Part shown: positions 30,290-43,534 of the stretch, one piece after another
Layout: every line of letters begins with the position of its first letter
Numbering within the stretch: the stretch's first letter is position 1
Assembly (NCBI GenBank): GCA_964016885.1
Contig: OZ024743.1
Coordinates: forward strand, 195,362,001-195,426,000
Length of the DNA stretch: 64,000 nucleotides
Reading direction: 5' to 3'
DNA from: Eledone cirrhosa
Lineage: Eukaryota
Position numbers and translations under genes: made by a program
The notes under the pieces: generated by a model
What the model was told of the DNA's origin: nothing
Seen by the model: only the letters and a program-made list of their open reading frames with translations
Databases searched by the model: none

Positions 30290-31555
30290 GTAAGAATGTA
30301 TGCATGTACGTATATTTCTCTTTCTCTTAATTTTGAGTATATTTTTGACCGGCCACCTTCTTGGTGACAAGGTTGTAAAAGAAAAGAAATTGTCATCCCT
30401 TGAATCACAAGTATGTTTTGCAAATTTTGAAGGTGCCAGCTATCGCAGCCATTTGTAGTCTATGAATTAGGGAGCTGCGTTCTTTGTCCACAAATCCAAG
30501 TTCAGTTATACATTGGTCCAAGCGGGGTGGTATAAAACCTGTAGCTCCAATAATGATGGGTATGAAACTGAAGGTGTATCTTGGATACTGAATCTGCAAA
30601 CTCCGCATCAATGGTCCGTAGATGTCCTCTTTCTCATGTATTTTTCTTAGAACGTTGACATCAAGTGGGCACCAGAGCACGTTTTCAATGTGAGGTCCTA
30701 AATAACAATATCAGGTCGGTTGTGCTTTAATTTGATGGGAGTTTTATTTTCAGGTTCCACCCGTATTTTTTAGTGCCATCTATCTCAACATATTCCACTT
30801 CATTTGTTTTTTTAATTTTCTTTTCCTAAGTGTGCTCCATATAGCTCTAACTTTCAAACCGTGTCTCATAGCTAGACAACATTCTTTCGCAGTTGGCAAC
30901 AATGTAGCTAACATCTTCGATCTTTGTTTTACCAAGCCTACATTTATTGTCGACTGATGGCCCTCCTCTTTTGTGTAGCAGATATTTGGTAGGGATTTCT
31001 TCCTGTATTGCATAGAGATATCTTCAATGTGGGATGTCATAAACTTGTCAGAACTCTATGCCAGGCTTTTGGGATGATTTATCCCCTCTATGGTCTGTGT
31101 CTTTCACCTCAGGTACCCATGCATAAGTTTCTCTGTTAGTTGGTGCATTTTTTATCTTGTTCGAACATTGATTAGCATCTTCAATTTCCCCCGGGGAGAG
31201 AGATCTATATCAAGCCTTATTCCATATCCCTCCTCCAGATCAGTGGCTATCCTCATGATATTTTTCCTTCGTGTTCATAGACCTGGGGAAAATAGTTGCT
31301 GACATTTTTCTTCTGCTACAGATGTTGCTTCAGTGTTACTATTCGGGTCCCGTATATTTTTAATATGGATTTTAGAAACTGGCCACCTTCTTTGCATGAG
31401 AAGTATAGCCTATTCACATCACCATTCATGTTAAAGTTTCCAGTAACACTGAGAAGCAGGTGAGTTCTTACATCCATCTTGCAATGACAATTTCAGCAGA
31501 CCAAATGATGGCGTATGTTAAACGTTTATATTTAGCGCCTTTTTTTATGTGAATC
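30290..31555 (-). mobile_element. R4/Dong-like non-LTR retrotransposon 3' fragment (CCHC finger + restriction-like endonuclease), degenerate
   Basis: Minus strand: KHNRPDIVI, CPLDVNV..K..EKEDIY, IPIIIGATG, LQMAAIAGTFKICKTYL*. A (TACA/TA)-type microsatellite follows the 3'UTR. Confidence 0.75.
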
Positions 31556-31559
31556 GTTT

Positions 31560-32800
31560 TATAACGTTACTTCAGCTCCAGACTCTCACGAGCCGACTGG
31601 GCTTGATTGACGGCCACCCAGCTCTCTTTCTGCTGAGCAACTGCTCCGTGATACACCTACACATCTCTCCTCGCTGACCTCGATACTTGTATCCGAGCAT
31701 CAGCCCAAGAGATATGCAACGTCAAGTTTGACGACATAAGGTGGCAACAGGCCACTTTACCTGTCAGGTATGGCGGCCTTGGCCTCCGGTCCCCGATTTC
31801 ACTAGCTTTGCCGGCGTATCTTTCGTCGGTAACCTCCTTCTGCGTCCTCGTCAGCAGTGTTCTCCAAAACACAACAGAACCCTCTGTGTTCAGACAACGT
31901 GAGGCCGCCCGTGAGACGTGGGACCGGCTTGGACTTAGCCCAGTAGATGTCCCTCCTCCTTCTCCCCATTTTGACGTCAAGTCCCCCCAACGCACGTGGG
32001 ATGCCATCCAGTGCAGCCTGGCCTCAAATAGGCTTACGCGCCAGCTCGACCAGCACCGCCTTGCTTGTTTTTGTGCGGCCTCCAAACCCCACAGTGGTGC
32101 CTGGCTCCATACCCTGCCCTCCTTCTCCACTGGCACACAGCTAGAAAACCATAGCCTGCGCATCGGCGTTTCCCTGAGGCCTCGCCTCCGGATCTGCCAG
32201 CCACACCAATGCGCTGCTGTTCCACCGTGGAATCTTCGGCTTCCACCCGCTTTCCTGTCGCCACAGTGCCGGCCGCATTCCACGCCATGCTGCCCTCAAC
32301 GAAGTAATTATGCATGGCTTGGACGCTGCAGGCTTCGCTTCCCAGCTCGACCCCGTGGGGCTGGATCGAGTGGACGGCAAAAGGCCAGATGGCATGACCG
32401 AGTTCCCGTTCCGCAGTGGCAAAACCCTCGCCTGGGATGCTACTTGCACCGACACTTTCTGCAGCCGTAACTTGGTGCAGTCTGCAACTGACCCAGGTTC
32501 TGCTGCACGTCGGGCTGAGGGGGGTAAACTCCTCAAATACCGGTCGCTCTCCGAAAGGTTTGCGGTCGTACCCATGGCAGTGGAGACTTCTGGTGTCCTC
32601 CGCTCCAGGGCTACCTCCTTCTCACCACCATAGGCGCGGAGCTGGCCAGCCGCTTGTGTGAGCCCCGCGAGTTGGAGTGGCTTTTCCAGTGCGTCTCCCT
32701 TGCCATCCTCCGGGGAAACGCCTTCTCCATTCTGTCCGACGGGGGCTCTGTGTGGGCCCTATCCCGTACCGTTGTAGTTGTTGTATACAGATGTTGAAAT
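31560..32800 (+). mobile_element. CRE-clade non-LTR retrotransposon 3' fragment (post-RT region, CCHC, RLE), GC-rich, frameshifted
   Basis: QATLPVRYGGLGLR, SGAWLHTLP, HPLSC...RH..LN, DGKRPDGMT, LAWDATC, KLLKY, VPMAVETSG, SLAILRGNA. Confidence 0.85.
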
Positions 32801-33495
32801 CTATCGTTTCTATTGAACCCCGTCCTCATCTACTGTGTCCTGGTCTTCTCATGTTCCTTTTATTTCTATGTGTATATTTCTTTATGAATGTAATATAACA
32901 ACACTGTATTTATATGTTAAAATCTATGTAACGTTTATATGTTAAAATCTATGTAAAGTGTATATGTGAAAATATGTGTATCATCATATAAATAGATGTG
33001 TTGTAACAGATTTACAGTTCAAACACTTATGTAGAAATATTGTATGTAAACTTACCGCAATATGTAGCTCAAATTTTCCAATAAATGATATGTTGTCTTC
33101 ATATAAACCGTAATTACATACCATACGTCTAATCATCGGACTGACCCCAACAGCCACCATTAGCATTTATGTTTGTATGTATGTATGTATGTGTGTAAGT
33201 ATGTATGTATGTAGGCCTGTATGTATGTAGGCATGTATGTATGAATATATGTAGGTATTTATGTATGTATATCCTCTTTGTTGTTATCTTGTTTCACTCG
33301 CTTTACGCGTTTTAATTGTCCTAATAACTTAATTTAGTTATTATTGCACCGACGTGAGGTATATGATTTTTAATGCAATGAAATATCTATGATCGTCGGC
33401 AAATCACTGATGAGGGACTTATTTTATTACATGTTATCCATGTGCAACCAGCAGTATTCTTCTCCCCATTTTTTCACACATATATATATATATAT

Positions 33496-34118
33496 ATGTC
33501 AGGTCACCAGTTGGTGCTACTGGTAACATGTATCCCAGTACAACCTGTCTCATGGTCGGGTCGTTGGCGACAAAACTGGCAACCCCACCAAGGTTTCTTG
33601 GTGAGGAGGGTGACTTTGGACATCCTGCAGGACTAAAAACAAAACCTGTCAAAAGGCAAAGGAGCACTTAAGAGTCAATGGCCATCCAAAATCACCGGGA
33701 GAGATGACCCCTTAGCCTTTGTCAGGGCAGAATTCTAGGAGAAGGAAAACTCTGATATAACACCTGCAACTCTGATGGCATCCAATGATATTGACTTGTT
33801 CTTCTTTTTGGTAAATATCATCTTGGTTAAGAGAGTGGGACTGGCTTTGTGCAGTGCCTTTGCTCACTATAAAGGCTTCACGGCACAGGCATTGCTTTAT
33901 ATCTGGAGTTCTCTCTGCACTTGTCGTCACATGGTACCATGGGCCCAGCACTATGTGTCAGTAATTGTCACAAGTGTAGTGTTTGTACCATAGTTTTCAA
34001 GTCGCTGGCTGGACTAAAAAGTCACACTCGTTCAGCGCATCGGTAGGGGTTCTCCTACATGGATATAAAGTAGTGGCCGTACTCGAAAACGAGTTGGCAG
34101 CCACCATGTATGTATGTA
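33496..34118 (+). mobile_element. Full-length copy of the bipartite RTE-derived element, starting at a (TA)n tract and ending in (TATG)n
   Basis: rc of 14105-14745 with few differences. Confidence 0.8.
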
Positions 34119-34152
34119 GGCATGTATGTATTAATATATGTAGGTATTTATG

Positions 34153-34188
<36 letters not shown>

Positions 34189-34194
34189 ATACAT

Positions 34195-34507
34195 ACGGCC
34201 CGGTTTGAAGCTGTGCCGGAGATCGATCTTCATCCGTTTGTTCAACACTGGCTGTAAGGAACAATCAGCATGTTTCTGGCTCATTACCCTTCATCAGTCT
34301 GTTGTAACGGTTGAAAATATATAGTATTTTATTAAGTACACATCGGCTGAGTTATACATATTTTCAACCGCTCAACAGACTGGCAGAGGTATACAGTCAG
34401 GATGAAGGGTAGTGACCCAGAAACATGTTGATTGTTCCTTAAATCCAGTGTTTGAACAAACAGGTGACGATCGGTCACCGGCACGGCACACCTTCAAATC
34501 GGGCCGT
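34195..34507. mobile_element. Head-to-head inverted pLTR pair, each arm with a decayed minimal HHR (34262-34297 minus; 34394-34434 plus)
   Basis: Arms 34195-34320 and 34358-34507. Combined consensus CAGTCA CTGATGA a GGGT agtg ACCC a GAAA CATG T(C) TGATTG. Confidence 0.65.
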
Positions 34508-34686
34508 TTGCTTACAAACGAATCGAACATTATTATTAATGTTCGATATAACCCATACGTATATATGTATTATATATATATGTGTGTGTATGCCTATATA
34601 TATATGAGTGGAGTGTGTGTGTGTGTACGGGTGCATACGTACATTTATATATTAGATGTACTGGAGCGAGAAATAAAATTCTAATC

Positions 34687-34736
<50 letters not shown>

Positions 34737-35689
34737 CGAGGGTGTTGTGGTAAGGAACCAGATGGACCATAACGCACCAGAGTACTCAATACTTAGGGTA
34801 GTAGAGTGGGTAATAGGAAAATGTATGACCCCGACGGCAGAGCTCAAGCTGTTTCGACGGCTATTTCAGTCCAGAAATGCTCACACACACAAACACACAC
34901 ACATATATATATACATCAACACATGTATACATATATATATATCTATCATATATGTGCTTATATATTTTGTTGGTGTGGATTATGTGTGATATACTATATA
35001 GGTGTATTTTACGTACGTATATGACTTTTATACGTGTAAACTGCCAGAACATTCTATGTACTTACAGAACATAATGTAGATCTTTGAAATAACGTCTCGA
35101 ACATACAATTAAAAAATAGTAGGAAAAAAATTATGTATAGCATGGATAATAAAATAAATCCAATCAATAATATGTGAGCTTTCACGTATACGCATGCGCA
35201 AGCTACTCCCTTTATTCTATAAAACCATAAGATATTCAATAAAATAGATAATAAAGAGCTAAATACAATGAAATTACAATATTAAAAGGGAAAATAACAG
35301 CGTTTATTTCCCATTTTCTGATGTGTGCCATTGCATTTTTAGAGCAATTTTTTATTCAATTACTTCTTTCTCATTATTCTAATATATATGTATATATATT
35401 TACTTTAGTTTGTATTAAAAATGTTAAATCTTCATACAACCTTCGTTTGCTTCGATATTTAAAGTTTGTTGGTGATATTTTTTCAAATATAATTGCTACT
35501 GGAATATGCATGTGATTACTTTGTTCGTTCCAAATCTTTATCTGTAACAGTGAAGGACAGATTTCCGTCATTAAAAATATGAAGAGAAACACATGCTGCT
35601 TGGCAAATATTATCTTAGCTTAATCATTCATTTTAAGGCAGCCATTTGACACATTCGTTCAGGACTTAGATAGAAAACTTTGTGCTATT

Positions 35690-36420
35690 GCTTCCAGTTT
35701 TCATTGATCTAAGTTCAAATCCCACCGAGGTTAACTTTGCCTTTCATCCTTACGAAGTCGATAAAATAAAGTACCAGTCATGTACTGGTGTAGATTTAAT
35801 CGACTTTCACCTCCCTCAGAATTGCTGGCCATGTGCCTATATAAGAAACCAATTATGGATTAGATGTTTATGTAAGGCACCAAATTCTTGATTCATTTTA
35901 TTACTGGTCGTACTGAAGATTGTGAATTTCTGTCATTGCATGCGGTCACATATTCTTAGTGAGGCCTATATTATGAAGGGCGGTGAATTGTTAGTATCGG
36001 TAAAGCGTCGGTCAACATGCTCTATGGCTTAGAGTTACGGCCTTTTACGATTTAATTTCAAATCATGCCGAGGTTAGCTTTGCTTTTCATTCTTCCGAGG
36101 TTGATAAAATAAAGCACCAGTAATGCACTGGGGTCGATTTAATCGACTTTCCTCTGTCCCCAAATCGCTGGCCTTGTGTCTAAATCAGAAATCATTATTG
36201 AGTGGATTGGAAGTATCGGTAGAGAGTCGGACGCCATGCTCTGCAGCATAGAGTTACGGTTCTTTATGATCTGAGTTCAAATCCCGCCGAGGTTAACTTT
36301 GCCTTTCACCCTTAATGCATCGATAAAATAAAGTACCAGTCACGCACTGAGGTCGATTTAATCGACTTTCCCCTCCCCCAAAAAATTACTGGCCTTGTAC
36401 CTATATAAGAAACCATTATT
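35690..36420 (+). mobile_element. Cluster of three tRNA-derived SINEs (35690-35855 partial, 35978-36199, 36200-36420)
   Basis: Each has a B box and the AACTTTGCCTTTCA..GATAAAATAAAGYACCAG body. Confidence 0.85.
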
Positions 36421-36973
36421 ATTAAGTAATAGTTTCACGCACGCAGAAAAGCTTCCATATTAAAGTGGGTGAGATTTTAGTCGGCTGAATACTGTTTCAG
36501 TTCCAATCTATGCCTGGTATTTGTTATATCACTCAACTTGAGATTAAAGGAAATGCCGCCGCTATGGTGTTTTAGCAGAATTTTAATTCAAAATTTCGAA
36601 AAGGATAAGTGTAGTTTGTTAAAATGTTAATAGTTAAAGCCACAAGCTTGCGTAAAAAATTAATTCAGTATCATGAAATTTTCTTTTCAAGCTTATAAAT
36701 AATTCCAATTTTAATAGGTTGGTATTTACCGAATGGGTATTTGCATCATATAATTCGCCTTTGTGATCTATGTGGAATGTCTTAATTAGCTAGTCACAAC
36801 TCCAGTGGTGATTGAATCTATAAAGTAGAATGTCATTTGATATATTTTGGACATCTGAACTGAACAATCAGTCTCTCGTTACGACCGGTTGCGTTCGTGC
36901 TTTGTTTATCTTGAGACAACATATTTACAATAACATATACATTATATCTCGTCTTTATGTCAATGTTATTTAG

Positions 36974-37503
36974 TACTAGCAGTGGTACCTGGCGTTGCAC
37001 GGGATAAGGTATTGTGAAATATATAACCGCCTTAGCTAAGCTTAGTATTGCCACAACCACGGGTAGCAAAGAATTAAGGGTCTTGTGGTACGTAAATAAG
37101 CAACACAGTGGCTTAAAACGTGAGGAAGAAGTTGTGAGCACTTACCAACTGTTTGGGGAATGAGTGTGAGATTTATCTTGAGCAAGGGTGGCAAAATAAC
37201 TGGAGGCAGCAGACATCAGACATACAGACATATATTATAAGGGCGCGACGTTATATGTATGTATGTATCTATCTAAAAAGAGAAAGACTAAGAATTATAG
37301 AGAGAGATCGTTAAATCGCCTAATGCGGTCCCTAGGGCATTGAACATTTGAAATCTCTTTTGCTCAGAACACTCCTGAAACATAGGTATTACATGTGTAA
37401 AGTTTGAAAACAGTCGGTTGGGTGTTTCCCTAGTTTTAGGGTTTCAAACTCACACTCACACACACAGACAGACAGATCCTCAGATTTATATATATATATA
37501 GAT
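36974..37503 (+). mobile_element. Non-autonomous Helentron/DINE-1-like (HINE) element
   Basis: Left end ACTAGC..TACCTGGCGTTGCACGGGA hairpin. Right end TGTGTAAAGTTTGAAAAC..TCGGTTG, (ACAG)n and TTTATATATATAGAT. Similar left-end hairpin on the minus strand at ~46255-46290. Confidence 0.5.
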
Positions 37504-38049
37504 ATCATACACACACACACACACATATATATATATGTGGGGGGGGGTGTATATTTATTTACAAGATATACCGTGTTCCTATTCAAATATTTTGAATCAT
37601 TTTCTCTCCTAGTTTCTGAATACAATTACCGTGTGGAATTAAGTGTTATCCTACGATTGCTATGCTAGGTAATCCTTTCAAATCGACTGTACCCATTAGC
37701 AATCAAATGTTTATCTCCAAGTAAATCCCTTCGACATGACTACATAATTTTTATTTTATATAGTTATATACTCAGCTGAATCAAAAGTGTTATTCCACAT
37801 GCATTATTTGAATTTACATCAACAAAATGATTTATAGTTTCAGAAATATACTTTAAATATTAGCGCGTGGCAAAGATCCAGGATTTGTGAGTATAATAGA
37901 GGAAACGTGTAATGTAATATTCATTCTTTCGCTCTTTCCTTCTCATGAAGAAATCAGCTCTATTGCGCCGTGGAGTGGTGACTGGCTCCGGTAGATTTGA
38001 AATGTTCATTACACGCTGAATGTCACTCGGAAACACTACAAATCGATCA

Positions 38050-38249
38050 NNNNNNNNNNNNNNNNNNNNNNNNNNNNNNNNNNNNNNNNNNNNNNNNNNN
38101 NNNNNNNNNNNNNNNNNNNNNNNNNNNNNNNNNNNNNNNNNNNNNNNNNNNNNNNNNNNNNNNNNNNNNNNNNNNNNNNNNNNNNNNNNNNNNNNNNNNN
38201 NNNNNNNNNNNNNNNNNNNNNNNNNNNNNNNNNNNNNNNNNNNNNNNNN
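38050..38249. other. Assembly gap (200 N)
   Basis: Direct reading. Confidence 1.
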
Positions 38250-41200
38250 CGTGATTTAGGAATATATTATATTTTTTTTAGAAATCAGTAATACAATTCT
38301 GTTCTATACTTTTGCTTTACACTCTATGCATTACATAAATAAATACGATTATAAAATAATTTTACCAAGAGAAATAAAATGTTTATAAGTGATGTTAAAC
38401 TGTATTCCGCTTTATTTCTAGGTAGAAATTTTACCTGAACTCTGACATAATCCTGCAAAGATATTTCGGAAACACAAAAGTATTCTGCAAAATATGTTGC
38501 AGACAATATAAATATCAGATATTCTAGCTGGTTTATGTTGCTGGGTCATAATATCATTGTAATATAGTTATTTAACTAGAAAAGTGACAGTTTATTCCGT
38601 CTGTCACTTTGCTAATGTAATGGGAGTGGCATTACAGTAGATAATGCCAAAAATTTCAGCGCATGAATCATCGTAAGCATTTATATATACATAATATTTT
38701 TCTCGATATTCTTTTAGGAATTCGTTTTAATGTCACATTTACCTGGCTAACCATAAGTAGTAGGAAATATATAATGATATGTTTAGTAGAGATGATATAC
38801 ATACGATACCTTACTTGTTGAGATATATAATATTTTAAATAATATCAGTTAAGAAATATGTATATTGATATATATGTTGACAGATCTCAATGGATTTCCC
38901 ATCACGAAGATTATTTCTAAAAGTTTGTTCACGTTAAATTGTATATGTGTAAAATATATCAAAATACAAACAAAGAATATAGATGCTAGCGGTTTACAAA
39001 ATAATAATAGTAATATTAACAATAATAAAGGCTGACAGAAGATTGCATTCAAATACTCATATTTACATACACATCTAACTATTTACTTATATAAGTATTT
39101 ATAGGTATTTCAACACGCACTCTTATACACACTCATTCACCAACCTCCGCCACATACACATCACATAATGCCTTAGTTTATTTACAAATAACAAGCAACT
39201 GACGTCTAATCAAACTATCTAACAGCACACTCTTGTGTTCAGATCTAGTTGAACAAGAAAAAGTCAAATAATAATTTAAAAAAAACGAATGAAAGAATGG
39301 TTTCTCGTCCAGCTGTGCTACTTGATACTGATGAGGTGACGAAAATATTGGATCGCGTGTTTGACGATAAAAATACAATCAATAAAATAACTGTGTTGAA
39401 AACATAGATAGATTTCAGTGATAACTTTTTTTTTTTTTTTTTTTTTTAGACCGTAACACCTGGTGGAGTCGCTTCTCGGGCATTTTGAACCTGGTAGTAC
39501 TCTCCCAGTCTAAACAGCTAATTTTTTGCAGAAATGGTGAGTGAGAGAATGGAGGTTGGGGAGTGAGAAAGACATATAGATAAAGAATCTTTGAACCCCT
39601 TACTGCACAGATACATTGTTTTTCGACATCGAAAGGAGGAAAAGCAAAGTTTACTTCGGCGGGATTTGTACTTAGATAACAGAAAACCAAAATAAATAAG
39701 GAAAAAAGTTGTAACTGCCCGTCTATTGATTCTCCCGACACACTGTCTCTGTTAACCGACGAATGAATAAAATATATAAAATCGAAAGATTTCGAAAGTC
39801 AAACATGTATGATACTCCAGTGCTCGAAACTGATACGATTTTAAATATAATTTATGTTTTATAAAAGCAAAAGTGGATTCATAAAGATTAAATAGTCGAT
39901 GACTTAATGTCTGTTTTATATAATCCCATCTCGTCATTTATTTCTATTTCTTATTAATAAATAATTCTATCATGACTCGAATCAATTTTAGTGCTTAGAA
40001 ATAAAATCTTAGGATTTGTGTCTCAAAGTGCATCAGAGTTACTTTATGAGATTTAAAAGTACAATAATATTTTCTTTGATACTGTAATGCAGTTTCCAGC
40101 TTTCTAAATTATCAAGGGAGTTTCATGAAAATATGCACAAATATAATAACGGAATGATGGAGGAAATAATGATCAACGTAGAGATAGCTAGTGAAGCTGC
40201 ATCGTGTGAACGTTCCTGCTGGCGTCAATAGGTGAAGTTTGGAGATGACATAAATTGACATTAACAGCCCAGCAACATTGATTTGGACAAGGTTAGCTAT
40301 CACGTCATCGCGATGACAATTATCAATAAGTGTCTACTTTCTAGATCATAGTAGAAAAACGCTTGAACGTGTGAAATAATAATTTTGATTTCTAGTTCTA
40401 CCTAAGTAATTAATTAGTTTCAGCATTCTGGTGTCAATAAAATAAGTAATATTAATCAACTCAGGAAAATTAATAAGCACGCGTTGACTAACATAGACAG
40501 AATGCCATGACACTTCACCAAGTCGATGTGAATTTAGATTTGTATTTAGAAAGTTAATTCCTTCATTCTACTCACTAATATTGAGTGCTTATTCAGTTGA
40601 TGTTTGACTGATTTAAATGCTACGGGATTGTAAACGCACATTTATATATACATATATATGAATGTGTATGTATGTATGTGTGTGTGCGTACGCGTGTCTG
40701 TGTGTGTTCTTGTATGTGTCCGTTTGTGTATGTCTGTGTGCCTGTATGTTTGTGTGAATATTAACTTTGGTGGAGGATTTGTATTCAGAATAAAAAGGAC
40801 CAGAACAAAACCGCCGGAACAATACGACACCTACAAAAAACATTATTTGAAATATAAACTTAGTGGAACAAACTGAAATATATTTCGAATTTGGTCATGC
40901 TCTTTGCTACTTTTCTCATTCGACTACATTTTATTACATAATAATATTTGCAGAAGTAAGCAAAATAATATCAAGAACTAGAATAATGATGATAAGTGTT
41001 AGCCGTCATATCTAGCTCTGAGAATAATTTTATGATTCAAATATCTTAAAATGACAAAATTTATACGAGAAATAAAATGCTATTACACAATTAAATCAGA
41101 GGGGAATAAATAAAGTTGTTAAAAGCTATACATGTTGTTGTAGAATACATTGATAGATATAAATATATGATTCAAATTTAGCATAACACCTCATTTCAAT

Positions 41201-41594
41201 TGTATGCAATTCTCAGTTTAATAAGAAGGAATGTGTTTTAAGCTTGTTCGAAAACATTAAAAGCTAAATACAAGCCTTGAATTGTCATTGGAAATAGGAT
41301 TTAGGTAGAAAGCAAAAACAAAGTTGAAATTCATACATAATTTTCCAATCATACAGATACACCGAATTTGAATAAGTGTGACAGGTAAAGACAAATTTAG
41401 TGATGCCATGTTACATGTTTAAAAGAATATAATTTCTAAATTGCAATTTAGGAGTATAGAACGCAATAGTTGAAAGTGTTTAATTTTACTAGGGATATTG
41501 AAAAAGCGTGCACATCCAGAAATACAATTCTCCAAACTTGTGTACAAACAAGAAACCAATGATTTGAGACAAAGTGTTTGACTGATTCCATATT

Positions 41595-41766
41595 CATAAA
41601 GATTGACAGAGTTCATGGTCGACACTGAAAGGGAGCAAATAAAACATGTTAAGTCTTTGACATTACAACATAAAGATTGACAGAGTTCATGGACCATGAA
41701 CTTTGTCAATCTTTATGTTGTAATGTCAAATACTTGACATGTTTTACTTGCTCCCTTCAGTGTCGA
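41595..41766. repeat. Near-perfect palindrome (~74-bp arms, 1-nt centre) preceded by a 24-bp direct duplication
   Basis: 41619-41692 vs rc 41694-41766. CATAAAGATTGACAGAGTTCATGG occurs at 41595 and 41669. Confidence 0.9.
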
Positions 41767-42060
41767 ACTATTTTTTATAAAAACCGGGAAAGATGGACTT
41801 GGTCAGTATATGACGTTTGGTACGTTTCTACACTTATGTCCGATTGTCTGTATCGCAAGGTGTTTGGTTAAATGAGATTATTGAGACTGTAACCGTTTAT
41901 AAGGTATTTGTGAATGCCCATATAGAATTGGTTTCATTCAAGATGGCTTGTATTTATTGTTTGTACGCCATTGCAGTTCTTTTGTTTCTCTATTGCTTGA
42001 ATTGAATGCGATTTCATTAACTATGATTGTACTTTATTATATGTTGCTTAATAAAAAAAG

Positions 42061-42252
42061 GGCGGTGGATTGGCAGTATCGGTAGAGGGTCGGACGCCAT
42101 GCTTTGTAGCAAAGAGTTACGGCTCTTTATGGTCTGAGTTCAAATCCCGCCGAGGTTAACTTTGCCTTTCATCCTTACGGGGTCGATAAAATAAACTACC
42201 AGTAATACACTGGTATAATTGCTGGCCTTGTGCCAAAAGTAGAAACAATTAT
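42061..42252 (+). mobile_element. tRNA-derived SINE (short variant), close to consensus
   Basis: GGCGGTGGATTGGCAGTATCGGTAG...GAGTTCAAATCCCGCC...GCTGGCCTTGTGCCAAAAGTAGAAAC. Confidence 0.9.
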
Positions 42253-43534
42253 ATGTTGCTTAATGTAGCGGCGCTGTTTTACGTAACTCCTAAGAAATGT
42301 TGACTCCTCAGTGTGTGTATGCGTGTGTGTATGAGTCTCTCTCTGTCTGTCTGGTTGCCTGCCTGAATGTCGCTCTGTTTGTCTCTCTCTCTCTCCTCCC
42401 CCCACACCTTTCTCTACCTCTCACTGTATTTATTGTTTGTACGCAATCGCTTTTCTTTTCTTCCTGTTGCTTCAGTCTAGTACATGTGATTACTCTAAGT
42501 ATGATTGTGCAGGCTTATACGTTGTAAATATTGTGGAGCTGTTTTATATAACTCCTAATAAATGTCTCCTCAGTGTGTGTATGTCCGTACGTGTATGTTT
42601 GTCTGTGTTTATTTGTGCGTGTGTGTATGTTTAGTACGTTGATGTTGTTGAGTGTCCGGGCTAATTGTATTTGAAGGTTGTTGTGCTGTGGGTAAGCAAA
42701 GAGAAATAGAATTGAATAAATACTTGTATATTGTTTTAGAACTTGAGTTCTAAGGGAGTTAAGTAGTGTTGGTGTAGCTGCGCATCTCTGATTGTATAGA
42801 AACTATAGATGTAATGATAATTGTCATATTTTCATGAAGCTGTCTGTAGATGGTATGGAAGACCCTTTACGTATAGTCTATAAACATTGGGTGAGATATA
42901 ACTGTAGTTCGCCAATCGGAGATTGAATGTTCTTGTGGATTACATAGGCTTGGCAATTGGACAGTCAGTTTGCTAACCAGATATCTGTGTTGTTTATTAA
43001 TGTGATGATGTGTATGTTTGTAAAAGTGAATAGCAGCGAGTAGATTCAAACGTCATGCGGATGTCGATAGCAGTTATATTGATTCATCATTTTATGGACG
43101 CCGTCTTGTATTCTCAGTGTAAGATTCGGGAACCCTCCAGAATTTGAAGGGAGCCGTTTAATTCCGTAGTGTTATTTGGATAGTGTACTCTGTGAGTTAG
43201 TTATGTTAAGGAGTAACCTCTTTAAAATGCTTAAGGTTGTAGATAGTTGTGGGTTGCGTTTATAATTAAGCTGCATATTAGTATTTTGTCTGTATCTGGT
43301 ATTCTAGATGTTGATGGCAAGAAGAGATGTGTGCATTGTTTGCTCTGCACTCCTCTTTTCCTTGCTTCGTTTTAGCTGGCCAAATTTCGAGAAATCGCAT
43401 TTAATCTGACATAAAGTTGAGAATGGAATGACTGATGTTGGTGAAATAGATAATAACAGTCTTTGATGTTGCAGTGTGAGTATTCATAAACAGATAACAG
43501 AGAATGGATGAATTTTGAGAAATAGATAACAGTG

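Noticed and set aside
33497-33590. HDV-like ribozyme at the 5' end of the RTE-derived element
   Set aside because: P4-like hairpin, C-UAA and CCAGT/ACTGG pairing are present in one copy, but I could not build convincing P1, P3/L3 and P1.1 by eye.
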